DNA of 53,227 nt from Hyphomicrobiales bacterium (GTDB lineage: Bacteria; Pseudomonadota; Alphaproteobacteria; Rhizobiales; Aestuariivirgaceae): positions 1-53,227 of the forward strand of contig JALUAB010000099.1 in assembly GCA_027051195.1 (NCBI GenBank). Reading direction: 5' to 3'. The position numbers and the translations under genes are program-made. How positions within the stretch are numbered: position 1 is the stretch's first letter; each line of letters starts with the position of its first letter. Positions 20,095 through 30,122 of this stretch are shown in pieces. The notes under the pieces were generated by a model, which searched no databases, was not told the DNA's origin, and saw only the letters and a list, made by a program, of their open reading frames with translations.

Positions 20095-21336
20095 GTGACC
20101 ACTTTCACCCACGCGGGCGATTTCGACGTCATCGTTGCCGGCGCCGGGCCGGCCGGACTGGCGGCAGCGGCGTTATGCGCGGAACAGGGGTTGAAAACGG
20201 CCATCGTCACCGGCCCGCTGGATCCGTTCGAAAAGCGCCACGATCCGCGCACCATCGCGCTCATGCGCCCTTCCGTGCGGTTGCTGGAGCATCTGGGGCT
20301 GTTCGCCCCCCTGAAGGATGTCTCGAACCCGCTGCGGAAGCTGCGGCTGGTGGACGATACCGGCAGCCTGTTCTCTGCCCCCTCGGTGACCTTCGATGCC
20401 CATGATGCAGGCTGGGACGCCTTCGGCTGGAACATCCCGTTGCAGAACCTGCACCCGGCCCTGGCCGCGAAGGCGCAGGAACTGGGCGTGGAATTCATCC
20501 GCGATTCGGCACTGGGCGTTGGAGCAGAACGGCGGGAGCTGGCGCGGGTGAAGCTGGCCTCGGGAGGAGAGCTGTCCGCGCCCGTGGTTCTGGCGGCGGA
20601 CGGGCGCAATTCGCGCATCCGCGGTTCCGCCGGCATGCTCATGATGCGCCATGATTACGACCAGGTGGCGCTGGGTTGTTTCTTTTCGCATTCCGCCGAT
20701 CACGGCGACATGTCCACCGAATATCACAAGCCGCAGGGCCCCTTCACCACCGTGCCGATGCCCGGGAACCGTTCTTCCCTTGTGTGGATGGTGACGCCGG
20801 AGAAGGCGCGGGCCATCACCGGCCTTTCACCGGGGCAGCTGGCGCGGCGCATCCAGCTGGAGAGTCATGGTGATCTCGGCAAGGTGAGCGACACCACGGA
20901 GCTGAAGAGCTTCCCCATGCAGACCATGGTGGCCCACGACTTCGCGAAGGAGCGCATCGTACTGGTGGGCGAGGCGGCGCACGCAGTGCCGCCCATCGGC
21001 GCGCAGGGATTGAACATGTCCTTGCGCGACGCGGCGCTGGCGGCGGAACTCGTCGGCGACGCCTTCGCTTTCGGGGAGGACTGGGGCGCAGAGAAAGTCA
21101 TGAACGATTACGACCGTATCCGCCGGCGCGACGTGTTCCCGCGCAAGATCGCCATTCACGTGGTCAACACGGCCATGCTAACGGGCTTTCTGCCCTACCA
21201 GCTGGTGCGCGCCGGCGCCATAACACTGGCGGCCAACGTGCCCATGATCCGCGACATCGTGATGCGCCAGGGGCTGGCGCCTTCGGACGAGCACGTTCCT
21301 CGCATTATGCGTGAAGAAGATCTTGCCGCAGACTGA
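20095..21336 (+). CDS. FAD-dependent hydroxylase, UbiH/UbiL family (ubiquinone biosynthesis)
   Basis: GAGPAG, AADGRNS, GEAAHAVPPIGAQGLN. Confidence 0.88.
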   Translation: MTTFTHAGDFDVIVAGAGPAGLAAAALCAEQGLKTAIVTGPLDPFEKRHDPRTIALMRPSVRLLEHLGLFAPLKDVSNPLRKLRLVDDTGSLFSAPSVTFDAHDAGWDAFGWNIPLQNLHPALAAKAQELGVEFIRDSALGVGAERRELARVKLASGGELSAPVVLAADGRNSRIRGSAGMLMMRHDYDQVALGCFFSHSADHGDMSTEYHKPQGPFTTVPMPGNRSSLVWMVTPEKARAITGLSPGQLARRIQLESHGDLGKVSDTTELKSFPMQTMVAHDFAKERIVLVGEAAHAVPPIGAQGLNMSLRDAALAAELVGDAFAFGEDWGAEKVMNDYDRIRRRDVFPRKIAIHVVNTAMLTGFLPYQLVRAGAITLAANVPMIRDIVMRQGLAPSDEHVPRIMREEDLAAD

Positions 21337-21340
21337 CTCT

Positions 21341-21811
21341 TCAGGACTTTTTCAGGAATTTCGGGCGCCGTGGCTGACACATGGCAGCATACTGGAACCC
21401 GTGCAGCCTGAGCGCCCATTGCAGGCCCACCACCGCTCCCTTCACCGGCCGCAGCAGCAGGAGAAAGGCCGCCAGCCACGGCGCACCCCACATCCACGCC
21501 GAAAAATGGATGCCCAGGAACTGTAGGGCGAGAGCCGCCAGCAGCACCAGTTGCAGCGCCACGAAGGCCGCCAGCGCCACGCCCTTGCGGTCGGCCCGGT
21601 GATGATAAAGCTCCTCGCCGCAGCGATCGCATGTATCGGCCACCTTCAGGCCGCGGGCGAACAGCCGTCCGCCGCCACAGGCCGGGCAGGCCCCGCGCGC
21701 CCCGCGCAGCATGGCCGGCAGCCAGGCGCGTCTCCGGGCGGGGTTGGCGGTGCGGCGTTCGTGCCGCGGCAGATGCGCCAGCGTTATGTCGTTCATCCTG
21801 GTCTCGTTCAT
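21341..21811 (-). CDS. DUF983-like membrane protein
   Basis: CPACGGGRLF...CDRCG zinc ribbon, two TM helices, KGAVVGLQW. Confidence 0.8.
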   Translation of the reverse strand: MNETRMNDITLAHLPRHERRTANPARRRAWLPAMLRGARGACPACGGGRLFARGLKVADTCDRCGEELYHHRADRKGVALAAFVALQLVLLAALALQFLGIHFSAWMWGAPWLAAFLLLLRPVKGAVVGLQWALRLHGFQYAAMCQPRRPKFLKKS

Positions 21812-22033
21812 GGCCCGGTGGCCTCTTCAACCGGCTGGCAGCTCGACCGCCAAGGGCCGGCCACGACGCCCGGAATTGCACGCCGATTCGTTCCCCGTCC
21901 CATGGATATTCGACAATGTGGCCGTCAATGCGAAAAGCCCCCGAATGGCCGCGCGACACGATGCCACAGGGTTTTCGCAGAGGCCCCGAACCGGCTGCGG
22001 CCATGACAAGGGACATGCGGAAACGCCGACCGT

Positions 22034-23146
22034 TCAGGCGGGATACAGCAGACAGGCGTCGCCGTAGGAAAAGAAGCGGTAGCGTTTGGCAATGGCATGG
22101 GCATAGGCCGCCCGCATCGCCTCCATCCCGCTGAAGGCGCTCACGAGCATGAACAGCGTGGACTTCGGCAGGTGGAAGTTGGTGATCATCAGGTCCACGG
22201 CGCGGAAGCGGTATCCCGGCGTGATGAAGATGTCCGTCTCGCCGGCGAAGGGATGCACCCTGCCATGCTCGTCGGTGGCTGTCTCAAGGATGCGCACGCT
22301 GGTGGTGCCCACGCACACGATGCGCCCTCCCTTCGCGCGCGCCACATTCAGCAGCGCCGCAGTCTCCCCGGAAATCTCGCCATATTCCGCGTGCATGCGG
22401 TGTTCGGAGATGTCTTCCGTCTTTACCGGCAGGAAGGTACCCGCGCCCACGTGCAGCGTCACCCGCGCCAGTTCCACGCCCATGCCGCGGATGCGTTCCA
22501 GCAGCTCTTTCGTGAAATGCAGCCCCGCCGTCGGCGCGGCCACCGCGCCCTCGCGTTCGGCGAAGACTGTCTGATAGTCGATGGCGTCGGCCATGTCCGG
22601 CCGCCGCCGTGACGCGATGTAGGGCGGCAACGGCATCTCGCCCACCCGCGCCAGCGCCGCGGAAAGCTCCTGCCCCGGGCAGGAGAAGCGCACCACCACC
22701 TCCCCACCCGCGCTCTTCCGCACGATCTCGCCCCACAGCTCGTCTACCGAACAGCCCATGCCGGAAAGGCCGAACATCACCTTGTCACCCGCCCGCAGTT
22801 TCTTCGCCGGGCGGGCGAAGGCGCGCCATGTCTGCGCGTCCTCCTGCCGGTGCAGGTTCATGGTGATGCGCGGCATCGTATCGGCGCCCTGGCGCACCCG
22901 GCGGCCGCAAAGCCTGGCCGGTATCACCTTCGTGTCGTTGAATACCAGCACGTCGCCGGGGCGCAGATATTCGGGAAGGTCGCGAAAGATGCGGTCTTCC
23001 AGCGCCGGCTTGTCCGGCGTTTCCGCCTGCGGGCGCACCACCAGCATCCGTGCCGCGTCGCGCGGCCGCACAGGCCTGAGCGCGATCAGCTCCTCCGGCA
23101 GATCGAAATCGAAGTCGGAAAGTTTCATGCTGGTAACGCCGCTCAC
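22034..23146 (-). CDS. queA: tRNA preQ1(34) SAM ribosyltransferase-isomerase
   Basis: [47 protein letters not shown]; GTGA overlap with plsX stop. Confidence 0.97.
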   Translation of the reverse strand: MSGVTSMKLSDFDFDLPEELIALRPVRPRDAARMLVVRPQAETPDKPALEDRIFRDLPEYLRPGDVLVFNDTKVIPARLCGRRVRQGADTMPRITMNLHRQEDAQTWRAFARPAKKLRAGDKVMFGLSGMGCSVDELWGEIVRKSAGGEVVVRFSCPGQELSAALARVGEMPLPPYIASRRRPDMADAIDYQTVFAEREGAVAAPTAGLHFTKELLERIRGMGVELARVTLHVGAGTFLPVKTEDISEHRMHAEYGEISGETAALLNVARAKGGRIVCVGTTSVRILETATDEHGRVHPFAGETDIFITPGYRFRAVDLMITNFHLPKSTLFMLVSAFSGMEAMRAAYAHAIAKRYRFFSYGDACLLYPA

Positions 23147-24246
23147 GTGCCGGTTCGCGCCGCCGCCGGCACAGCTTCCGGCGCCGCGGCGCCGTTTTCC
23201 TCGTTGGCCCGTGCCAGATCGCCCATCAGCTTCTTCGCCCGCAGATCCTCCGCGATGGTGCTGATGAGATCATGCCGCGCCACCTCCCGGGCGTGGGTGA
23301 GTGCATTGGCGAACCCGATCTCGTCGGTGCCCCCGTGGCTCTTCACCACGATGCCGTTCAGGCCCAGGAAGATGCCGCCATTGCTCTCGCGCGGATCCAG
23401 CTTTTCCTTCAGCCGCCGGAAGGCCCGCCTGGCCAGCAGGGCGCCCAGCCTGGAGAGCCAGTCGCGCATCATTTCCTTCTTCAGCAACCCGGCGATCTGC
23501 CGTGCCGTTCCCTCGGCCGTCTTCAGCGCGATGTTGCCGGTGAAGCCCTCCACCACGAACACGTCCACCGTGCCTTTCGCGATGTCGTCGCCCTCCACGA
23601 ATCCGTGATAGCGAATGGGCAGTGCCGCCTGGCGCAGAATGCGCCCGGCCCGGCGCACCTCCTCCACACCCTTGATTTCTTCCACGCCCACGTTCAGTAG
23701 CCCCACGGAAGGCTGCTCCACGTGCAGGAGCGCCCGCGCCATGGCTTCCCCCATGATGGCGTAGTCCACCAGCTGTTCGGCATCTGCGCCGATGGTGGCG
23801 CCGAGGTCGAGCACAATGGAATGCCCACGCGTGGTGGGCCACAACCCGGCGATGGCCGGGCGCTTGATGCCGGGCATGGTCTTGAGCACGAACACACTCA
23901 TCGCCATGAGCGCGCCTGTGTTGCCGGCAGAAACCGCGGCGTGCGCCTCGCCTTTCTTCACCGCCTCCAGCGCCAGCCACATGGAAGAGACGCGCCTGCC
24001 CTTGCGCAGCGCCTGGCTGGGTTTTTCATCCATGCGCACCGCCACCTCGGCATGGCGCGCCCGCACGCGCCCGCGCATGTCTGCGGGCAGCGCCCGCAGC
24101 GCTTCCTCCACGCGCGCGGAATCGCCGAACAGCAGCACATGCAGATCGTCATGCCGCTGAAGCGCCAGGCGCACGCCGGGAATGGTCATGGCCAGCCCTG
24201 CGTCGCCCCCCATGGCGTCCACGGCCAGTGTGCAGCAATCCTTCAA
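23143..24246 (-). CDS. plsX: Phosphate acyltransferase PlsX
   Basis: [30 protein letters not shown]; probable TTG start at 24246. Confidence 0.93.
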   Translation of the reverse strand: MKDCCTLAVDAMGGDAGLAMTIPGVRLALQRHDDLHVLLFGDSARVEEALRALPADMRGRVRARHAEVAVRMDEKPSQALRKGRRVSSMWLALEAVKKGEAHAAVSAGNTGALMAMSVFVLKTMPGIKRPAIAGLWPTTRGHSIVLDLGATIGADAEQLVDYAIMGEAMARALLHVEQPSVGLLNVGVEEIKGVEEVRRAGRILRQAALPIRYHGFVEGDDIAKGTVDVFVVEGFTGNIALKTAEGTARQIAGLLKKEMMRDWLSRLGALLARRAFRRLKEKLDPRESNGGIFLGLNGIVVKSHGGTDEIGFANALTHAREVARHDLISTIAEDLRAKKLMGDLARANEENGAAAPEAVPAAARTGT

Positions 24247-24385
24247 AGGCCTTCCCCCTGCCAGCCCCCGGCCACGCATCCGGCACCGCGCCGGGGCGTC
24301 AGCTTCCCATCCGCGAACATGCCGGGCAGGATACAGCATTCGCCGCACCGGGCAAAGGCCGGGCCTCCACGACTTTCCACCGGCC

Positions 24386-24964
24386 TCATTCGTCGTCCGG
24401 TTTCAGCCCGTGCAACACGGCGAACGGATTGTCGTCACGCCCGCCGCGCGCCTCCCCGGCCTGCGGGGTTTCCGGCGTGCCCGCCTCCACCTCCACGAAG
24501 TCCGTTCCGGGCTTGCGCGGCCACGGCTCCAATGACAGCGCCAGCACCTCGGCGGCCAGCTCGCCGAGATCGATCTCGGCGTCGCGGATGATGTCCGGCT
24601 CGTCCGGTGCGTCGGCGTCCAGCTCCATGACCGCGCCTGCCTCCAGCGCCCGCGCCTCCGGCGAATCGGCCGGCACGAACAGCCGCTCCACCTCTGCCCG
24701 CACCGTGGCCGGAAATATCTCCAGCGTGCGCACGCACTCCTGCTCCACCTCCGCCGTGAGCGCGCCGCGCACCATATAGGCACCGCCGCCCTCCGGCGCG
24801 ATGCGCAACGTCGCCGAAAGCGCCCGGATGGCCGGCAGATTCATGCGTTTCGCCAGCGCTTCCAGCTCCTTCGGCCGGGCGGAGATGGTGCGCTCCACAC
24901 CTTCGCCGATGTCCTCCACCGGCAGCGGCCGGGAGAATTCGGGCCTGATTCTCTTATCCGTCAT
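24386..24964 (-). CDS. YceD/DUF177 family protein
   Basis: [36 protein letters not shown]; upstream of plsX. Confidence 0.88.
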   Translation of the reverse strand: MTDKRIRPEFSRPLPVEDIGEGVERTISARPKELEALAKRMNLPAIRALSATLRIAPEGGGAYMVRGALTAEVEQECVRTLEIFPATVRAEVERLFVPADSPEARALEAGAVMELDADAPDEPDIIRDAEIDLGELAAEVLALSLEPWPRKPGTDFVEVEAGTPETPQAGEARGGRDDNPFAVLHGLKPDDE

Positions 24965-24984
24965 GACTTCCTTTTCCTCGATTC

Positions 24985-25542
24985 TCACCCGGCGGGTGGC
25001 CAGGGAATGTCTCCGGCCCGTATGCGCTCCGGTGACAGGCCAGCAAGCGCCTCGCGCGCCCTGCCCGCATAGGCCGCGAGCCCCGCGGCATCGCCCGCCG
25101 CATCCGTTTCCGCGTAGATATGCCGTCGCAACGCCTCTTGCAACGCCGCGGCGTCCCCCGCCGCCAGGGCGCCGCGCACCGCTGCCAACTGTGCGAAGAA
25201 GGCATCCGCCAGCCGGTGCATGCGCTTCGGCACCGCCAGGTCGCTCACTCCCATCTCGCGCAAGGATGCGTCCAGCTCGTCGAAGAACGTCTCCTGCACC
25301 GCCCGCGCCAGCTCTTCGCGTTGCGCCTTCTCTTCCATCGTCGCTTCATCGTCGGCCACAAGCGCGTCCACCAGCAGGATCACGTGCAGCCCGACCATGC
25401 GAAAGCGCCCCTCCGGCGTGTCCGGCACGCCAAGCCCGGCATAGAAGGCCGGCTGCCGCGCCTGCGCCACAATCGCGGCGTATGCGGCATCTGCCGATGG
25501 CCCCTTGCGGCCAAAAAAACTGCCGAGAAGCTGCCTGATCAT
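24985..25542 (-). CDS. Ubiquinol-cytochrome c chaperone (Cbp3-like)
   Basis: QARQPAFY, VPDTPEGRF, LREMGVSD; conserved position between bamE and yceD. Confidence 0.88.
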   Translation of the reverse strand: MIRQLLGSFFGRKGPSADAAYAAIVAQARQPAFYAGLGVPDTPEGRFRMVGLHVILLVDALVADDEATMEEKAQREELARAVQETFFDELDASLREMGVSDLAVPKRMHRLADAFFAQLAAVRGALAAGDAAALQEALRRHIYAETDAAGDAAGLAAYAGRAREALAGLSPERIRAGDIPWPPAG

Positions 25543-25610
25543 TTGCTTCCGCCCGCGGAATCGGTCATGGAAGAGGAAACGGTTTCTTGCCAGGGGAGCG
25601 TGGCGCAGAC

Positions 25611-26063
25611 ATGAGCGCTTGTCCAGAGAAGATGCGCAAGCGGCGTATCGGCCGCAGAGGAGTGCTGGGGCTGCTGGCCGCGGCCGCGCTCACGGCCTGC
25701 ACGCCCACCGTCCTGCACCACGGCTACCTGCCCCGAAAGGGTGATCTCGAACAGCTGCGCGAGGGCATGACCAAGGCCGAGGTGGAGGCGCTGCTGGGAT
25801 CGCCCTCCACCACCGCCACCATCGACACGGTGAACGACAGCTATTACTACATCTCCAGCACCACGAAGCAGACCGCCTTCCTGAGGCCGCGGGAAGTGGA
25901 CAGACGCGTGCTGGCCATACGCTTCGATGGCGACGGCCGGGTTAAGAGCTTCGCCGTCTATGGCCTGGAGGACGGCCAGGTGGTCAACATCAGCGACCGC
26001 AAGACACCGGCAGCCGGCAAGGAACTGGGTATCCTCGCCAGCCTGTTCTCGCGCTACAAGTGA
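25611..26063 (+). CDS. bamE: Outer membrane protein assembly factor BamE
   Basis: LTAC lipobox, HGY, LLGSPS, YYYIS, RVLAIRFD. Confidence 0.9.
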   Translation: MSACPEKMRKRRIGRRGVLGLLAAAALTACTPTVLHHGYLPRKGDLEQLREGMTKAEVEALLGSPSTTATIDTVNDSYYYISSTTKQTAFLRPREVDRRVLAIRFDGDGRVKSFAVYGLEDGQVVNISDRKTPAAGKELGILASLFSRYK

Positions 26064-26177
26064 TGCCGGAATACCTGGAGAATCACCACCCGCCCCGAGT
26101 TGTCCGGAACATGGGGCCAGGCCTGTGCGCGTGGCGACCTGAACCGAACAACCCCAACGCAAGCCGGTGATTTGCCC

Positions 26178-26882
26178 ATGGGCGGTTTCAATCCCTTTCG
26201 CAGATCAAGACGCAGGCCCGGCTGGCTGCTCCGGTTCATTCCGGTTTCCATCATCATCGCCGCCGCTCTCGCCATTGTCGGGCTGTTCAGGCCATTCACC
26301 GGCGAAACTTTCTGGCAGGGCGCGGCCCCGGCGCAATCCGGACCACTGCAATACATTTCATCCTTCTTCAGAAGCCTTGATGACATGCTCCCGGCCTTTC
26401 GCCGCTTTTTCCGTGGAGAAGGAAGCGGCCAGCCAACGGGCCAGGCGGCGCGGAACCCCTCCGCGGTCAGGGGACGTGCCCGCGTCATCGATGGCGATTC
26501 CCTGCGTGTGAATGGCATGGAGATCCGCCTGCACGGCATTGACGCGCCGGAACTGCGCCAGACCTGCCGCGACGAACGCGGGCACCGCTATGCCTGCGGC
26601 AGGCGCGCGAAGGCGTATTTGCGGCGGCTGGTGGCCAGCCGCGACGTCTCCTGCCGCCGGGTGGCCACGGACCGCTACGGCCGCATGGTGGCGCTGTGCA
26701 TGGTGGATGGCGAAGACATCGGCCGGCGCATGGTGCGCGATGGCTGGGCCGTGGCCTTCGTGCGCTATTCCCGCCATTACGTCGGCGATGAACGCATGGC
26801 GCGGCGCGCCCGGCGCGGCCTGTGGCGCGGACGCTTCATCCCGCCCGCCACATGGCGGCGCTTGCACCGGCGCCAGCGTTAA
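26178..26882 (+). CDS. Thermonuclease (SNase-like) family protein
   Basis: N-terminal TM, VIDGDS, IRLHGIDAPE, DRYGR, GWA, RGLW. Confidence 0.88.
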   Translation: MGGFNPFRRSRRRPGWLLRFIPVSIIIAAALAIVGLFRPFTGETFWQGAAPAQSGPLQYISSFFRSLDDMLPAFRRFFRGEGSGQPTGQAARNPSAVRGRARVIDGDSLRVNGMEIRLHGIDAPELRQTCRDERGHRYACGRRAKAYLRRLVASRDVSCRRVATDRYGRMVALCMVDGEDIGRRMVRDGWAVAFVRYSRHYVGDERMARRARRGLWRGRFIPPATWRRLHRRQR

Positions 26883-27397
26883 CGGCCGGAATCCGCCGCC
26901 GCCAGCGCCGTCGCCAGCGCGTCCACCTCATGCTCCGAGAATACACGTATTCCCGCTGCTTCCAGCATTGCCGCGCTCACCCCCGCTCCTGCCAGCATAT
27001 TGCCGGAAAAGCTGCCGTCGTGAACGCGGCGCACGCCACAGGACGGGCTGTTCTCCTTCAACAGCGCGAAACGGCAACCCTGCTCTTCCGCCAGCCGCCG
27101 CACTGCCCGCGCCCCGGCGATGAAGGCTGTGGTCACGTCCGCGCCACTCTCCGTGCGCACACGTGCCCGGCCAGCCAGCACGTCCGCCCCCGTGCCGCCT
27201 ATGATTTCCGCCGGCTCACGCGGCACGGCGAGCCCGCCCAGCAGTTCCGGGCATCCGGGCACCAGCCGCCCTTCCTCCCGCCAGCGCCGCAGCAATGGAT
27301 GCGCCAGCGGCTTCGCGGCGCCGTCAAAGCGCACCGGCTCGCCCAGCAGGCAGCGGCTCACCAGGATTCGCGCCCTGTCATCCGTGGCCTTGCTCAT
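26879..27397 (-). CDS. DUF523 family (2-thiouracil desulfurase-like) Fe-S protein
   Basis: VSRCLLG, CPELLGGL, LKENSPSCG. Confidence 0.88.
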   Translation of the reverse strand: MSKATDDRARILVSRCLLGEPVRFDGAAKPLAHPLLRRWREEGRLVPGCPELLGGLAVPREPAEIIGGTGADVLAGRARVRTESGADVTTAFIAGARAVRRLAEEQGCRFALLKENSPSCGVRRVHDGSFSGNMLAGAGVSAAMLEAAGIRVFSEHEVDALATALAAADSGR

Positions 27398-27421
27398 GTG
27401 TGGCAGAATAGCGGAAGGGAA

Positions 27422-27496
27422 TGGCGCGCCCTAGGGGAATCGAACCCCTCTTTCCAGCGTGAAAGGCTGGCGTCCTAGCCGATAGACGAAGGGCGC
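27422..27496 (-). tRNA. tRNA-Glu (anticodon TTC)
   Basis: Cloverleaf with GCGCCCT/AGGGCGC acceptor stem, CCAGC-CTTTCAC-GCTGG anticodon arm, GGTTCGATTCC T arm and encoded CCA. Confidence 0.97.
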
Positions 27497-27589
27497 GGAA
27501 AAGCGGGGCGCTGGCGAACGCCGCTTGCCCCGTTCGCGCGCCCTGTATAGTGAGCTTTGCACGCACTGGCAAGAGGCCATGCGGGCCTT

Positions 27590-29413
27590 TCAGCCGTGTT
27601 CGGCGATATCGCTCATGTGCAGCTGCACGCCGTTGCGCCCGTTGAAGTCGTCGCGCTGCAGGCGGCCGGCCACGTGCCAGGGCCTGCCGTCGCGGGCGTT
27701 GAGCAGCGCCTCACCCAGTGGCGTGTCCACGGCGCGGAAGGCGATGGCTCTGAGCGTGCCTCCGTCACCGGACTTCAACGTGCAGCGGATGTGCCTTTCG
27801 CCGACGATGTCCACCCACTGCACCCGGTGGGCGGCGAAGGCGAACACCGGCGCCGGGTTGCCCGCGCCAAAGGGGCCCGCCGCCTCCAGCTTTTCCAGCA
27901 GCGCACGGGTGGCGCCGGAAGCGGTGAGCACCGCATCCACCCGCAAATGCGGAAAGGCGGGCACGGTGGCAAGTTCGTCCTCCAGCACCGTGTTCATGAA
28001 ATCATGAAAGGCGGGAATGCCTTCTGCCGGCAGCGCCATGCCGGCGGCCATGGCATGCCCCCCGCCCTTCGTCAACACGCCTTCGGCCACCGCGCGCGCC
28101 ACCGCGCGGCCGATATCGACTCCCGCAACCGAACGCGCCGAGCCGCTGGCCTGCCCCGTGAGCGCATCCACCCCCAGCGCGATGGCGGGCAGATGAAACC
28201 GCTCCTTGAGCCTCGCCGCCACCAGCCCCAGCACGCCCGGGTGCCAGTCCTCCCCGTGCACGCAAATGATGCCCCTGCCCCGGCGCTCCAGCTGTTCTTC
28301 CGCCTGCGCGATGGCCGCTTCCAGCAGTGCCTGCTCCAGCACCTGGCGTTCGCGATTCATGTGCTCCAGTCCCGCCGCCAGCCGCTGCGCCGTGGCCATG
28401 TCCCGCGCCCGCAACAGATCGAAGGCGTCCTTCGCGTGGCCGATGCGTCCGGCGGCATTGATGCGCGGACCGAGGACGAAGCCCAGCGTGTAGGAATCCG
28501 GCGCTCGTCCGGCTCGGGCGGCATCCATCAACGCCGCCAGCCCCGGACGCGCGCGCCGGGCCAGCACCCGCAGCCCCTGGCGCACATAGGCACGGTTCAG
28601 GCCCTTCAACGGCATCACGTCGCACACCGTGGCCAGCGCCACTAGATCGAGGTGGCGCAGCACGTCGGGCCGTTCGCGCACATGGCCACGCCGCTCAAGT
28701 TCCCGCGCCGTCGCCGCCAGCAGCATGAAGGCAAGCCCCCCGGCGCACAGATGCCCGAGGCCCGAATCGTCATCCGCCCGGTTGGGGTTGACCACCGCGT
28801 GCGCGCGCGGCAGGGCTGTACCCATCTGGTGATGATCCACCACGATGGTTTCCAGCCCGCGTTCGGCGGCGTGCTCCAGCACCTCGTGCGCCATGGCACC
28901 GCAATCGAGCGTGACGAGCAGGCGCACACCGGAATCGGCCAGCGCGTCCACCGCCCGCACGGACGGCCCGTAGCCCTCCGCCACCCGGTGCGGGATGTGC
29001 ACACGCGGTGTCAGCCCCTGCTCCTCAAGAAACTCGGAAAGCATGACGGCGGAGGAAACGCCGTCCACATCGTAATCGCCGATGATGCCCACCGGCTCGT
29101 TCACGATGATGGCGTCGGCCAGCCGGGCGGCGGCCTTCTCCAGGTCGCACACGGCGGATGGCGGCGGCATCCACGTGCGCAAGGACGGGTCGAGGTGGGC
29201 GGCAGCCTCTTCCGGAGAAATTCCGCGCGCGGCCAGCAGGCGCGCCAATGCGTCCGGCAGGTCGTGCCGCTGCGCCAGCGCCATGACCGCGCGATCATCG
29301 GCCCGGCGCAATAGCCAGCGCCGTCCGGTGGCGGATCGCTCCACGCCCAGCAGCGGCTCGGCGGCATCCCCGTCCACCGCCGCTGCCACCGCCTGCACTG
29401 CCATTTCCGCCAT
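27590..29413 (-). CDS. recJ: ssDNA-specific exonuclease RecJ
   Basis: GDYDVDG, DHH, GPRINAAGR, GGGHAMAAG; ATG at 29413 with GGAGG RBS (the ORF extension runs into a MITE). Confidence 0.96.
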   Translation of the reverse strand: MAEMAVQAVAAAVDGDAAEPLLGVERSATGRRWLLRRADDRAVMALAQRHDLPDALARLLAARGISPEEAAAHLDPSLRTWMPPPSAVCDLEKAAARLADAIIVNEPVGIIGDYDVDGVSSAVMLSEFLEEQGLTPRVHIPHRVAEGYGPSVRAVDALADSGVRLLVTLDCGAMAHEVLEHAAERGLETIVVDHHQMGTALPRAHAVVNPNRADDDSGLGHLCAGGLAFMLLAATARELERRGHVRERPDVLRHLDLVALATVCDVMPLKGLNRAYVRQGLRVLARRARPGLAALMDAARAGRAPDSYTLGFVLGPRINAAGRIGHAKDAFDLLRARDMATAQRLAAGLEHMNRERQVLEQALLEAAIAQAEEQLERRGRGIICVHGEDWHPGVLGLVAARLKERFHLPAIALGVDALTGQASGSARSVAGVDIGRAVARAVAEGVLTKGGGHAMAAGMALPAEGIPAFHDFMNTVLEDELATVPAFPHLRVDAVLTASGATRALLEKLEAAGPFGAGNPAPVFAFAAHRVQWVDIVGERHIRCTLKSGDGGTLRAIAFRAVDTPLGEALLNARDGRPWHVAGRLQRDDFNGRNGVQLHMSDIAEHG

Positions 29414-29469
29414 TTTCAGCACGTCCTCCTCCGGCCTTATAAATGAAAAGTGCGCAAGCTCTATCGCTA

Positions 29470-29689
29470 GGCTCAGGACCCATAAAGGGCGTGGATGCCA
29501 GCGGCATTTTCGCGAAATATCGCTGGCTTTTCGCCCGCAGGGAATAGCCGAAGCTATTTCCAAGGGTGAAAAGCCAGCGAGATGAAGCGAAAATGTCGCC
29601 CGAAGGGTCTGGCGCAAAATCTCGATAATCCATTGCTAATTGCCGATTTTGCGCCAGACTGGCGCCGCGCAATTTATGGGTCCTGAGCC
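29470..29689. mobile_element. 220-bp MITE, copy 1
   Basis: 17-bp perfect TIR GGCTCAGGACCCATAAA; TA duplicated within CTAG; no transposase; identical to 42506-42725. Confidence 0.92.
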
Positions 29690-29730
29690 TAGCGACAGTC
29701 TTTCTAATTCACGACGATCGCACCTTCCCA

Positions 29731-29882
29731 TGTCATTGCCGGCCTTGCCTGTCCCGGACTTGATCCGGGATCCCGGCAATCCAGGGAGAAAACGACGGGC
29801 ATCAGGCACTCTCCAATTTTCAGAAAAGCTGCATGCATGTCGTATTACGCCCTGGATCCCCGGGACAAGCCCGGGGATGACG
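29731..29882. repeat. Inverted pair of REP-like (RPE-4/CGTC-like) palindromes, left unit with a nested hairpin
   Basis: 29731-29783 TGTCATTGCCGG...CCGGCAATCCA containing TCCCGGACTTGATCCGGGA; 29853-29881 identical to 11082-11110. Confidence 0.85.
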
Positions 29883-29959
29883 ATTGACAGACGCGAATCA
29901 TCACTTCCTTCCCCGCCCAGCATAGGTGCTCGTGGCGGCGGCGCACAGGGAAGCGCGAA

Positions 29960-30120
29960 GGTCGTGTGGACGAAGTGAACGAAATGGGGATTTGCGGCGA
30001 TTTTCGAGCGAAAACCGTGCGGGCTTTCGCAGGAATAGCAGCGCTATTTCAAGAAAGCCCGTGCCGGTTTGCAGCCGAAAAGCGCCGGAAAGACCTTTCG
30101 GGCAATTCGTCCGCACGTCC
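29960..30120. mobile_element. 161-bp MITE-like palindromic element related to the 220-bp MITE
   Basis: 13/15 TIR (GGTCGTGTGGACGAA / TTCGTCCGCACGTCC); long internal hairpin with GCAGGAATAGC-N3-GCTATTTCAAG apex. Confidence 0.7.
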
Positions 30121-30122
30121 CA

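Noticed and set aside
26100-27496. Genomic island integrated at tRNA-Glu
   Set aside because: No integrase, no duplicated tRNA 3' end seen and no compositional shift
29414-29617. 68-aa N-terminal extension of RecJ
   Set aside because: Mostly derives from the MITE (the same peptide appears at 42417-42653); the real start at 29413 has a strong RBS
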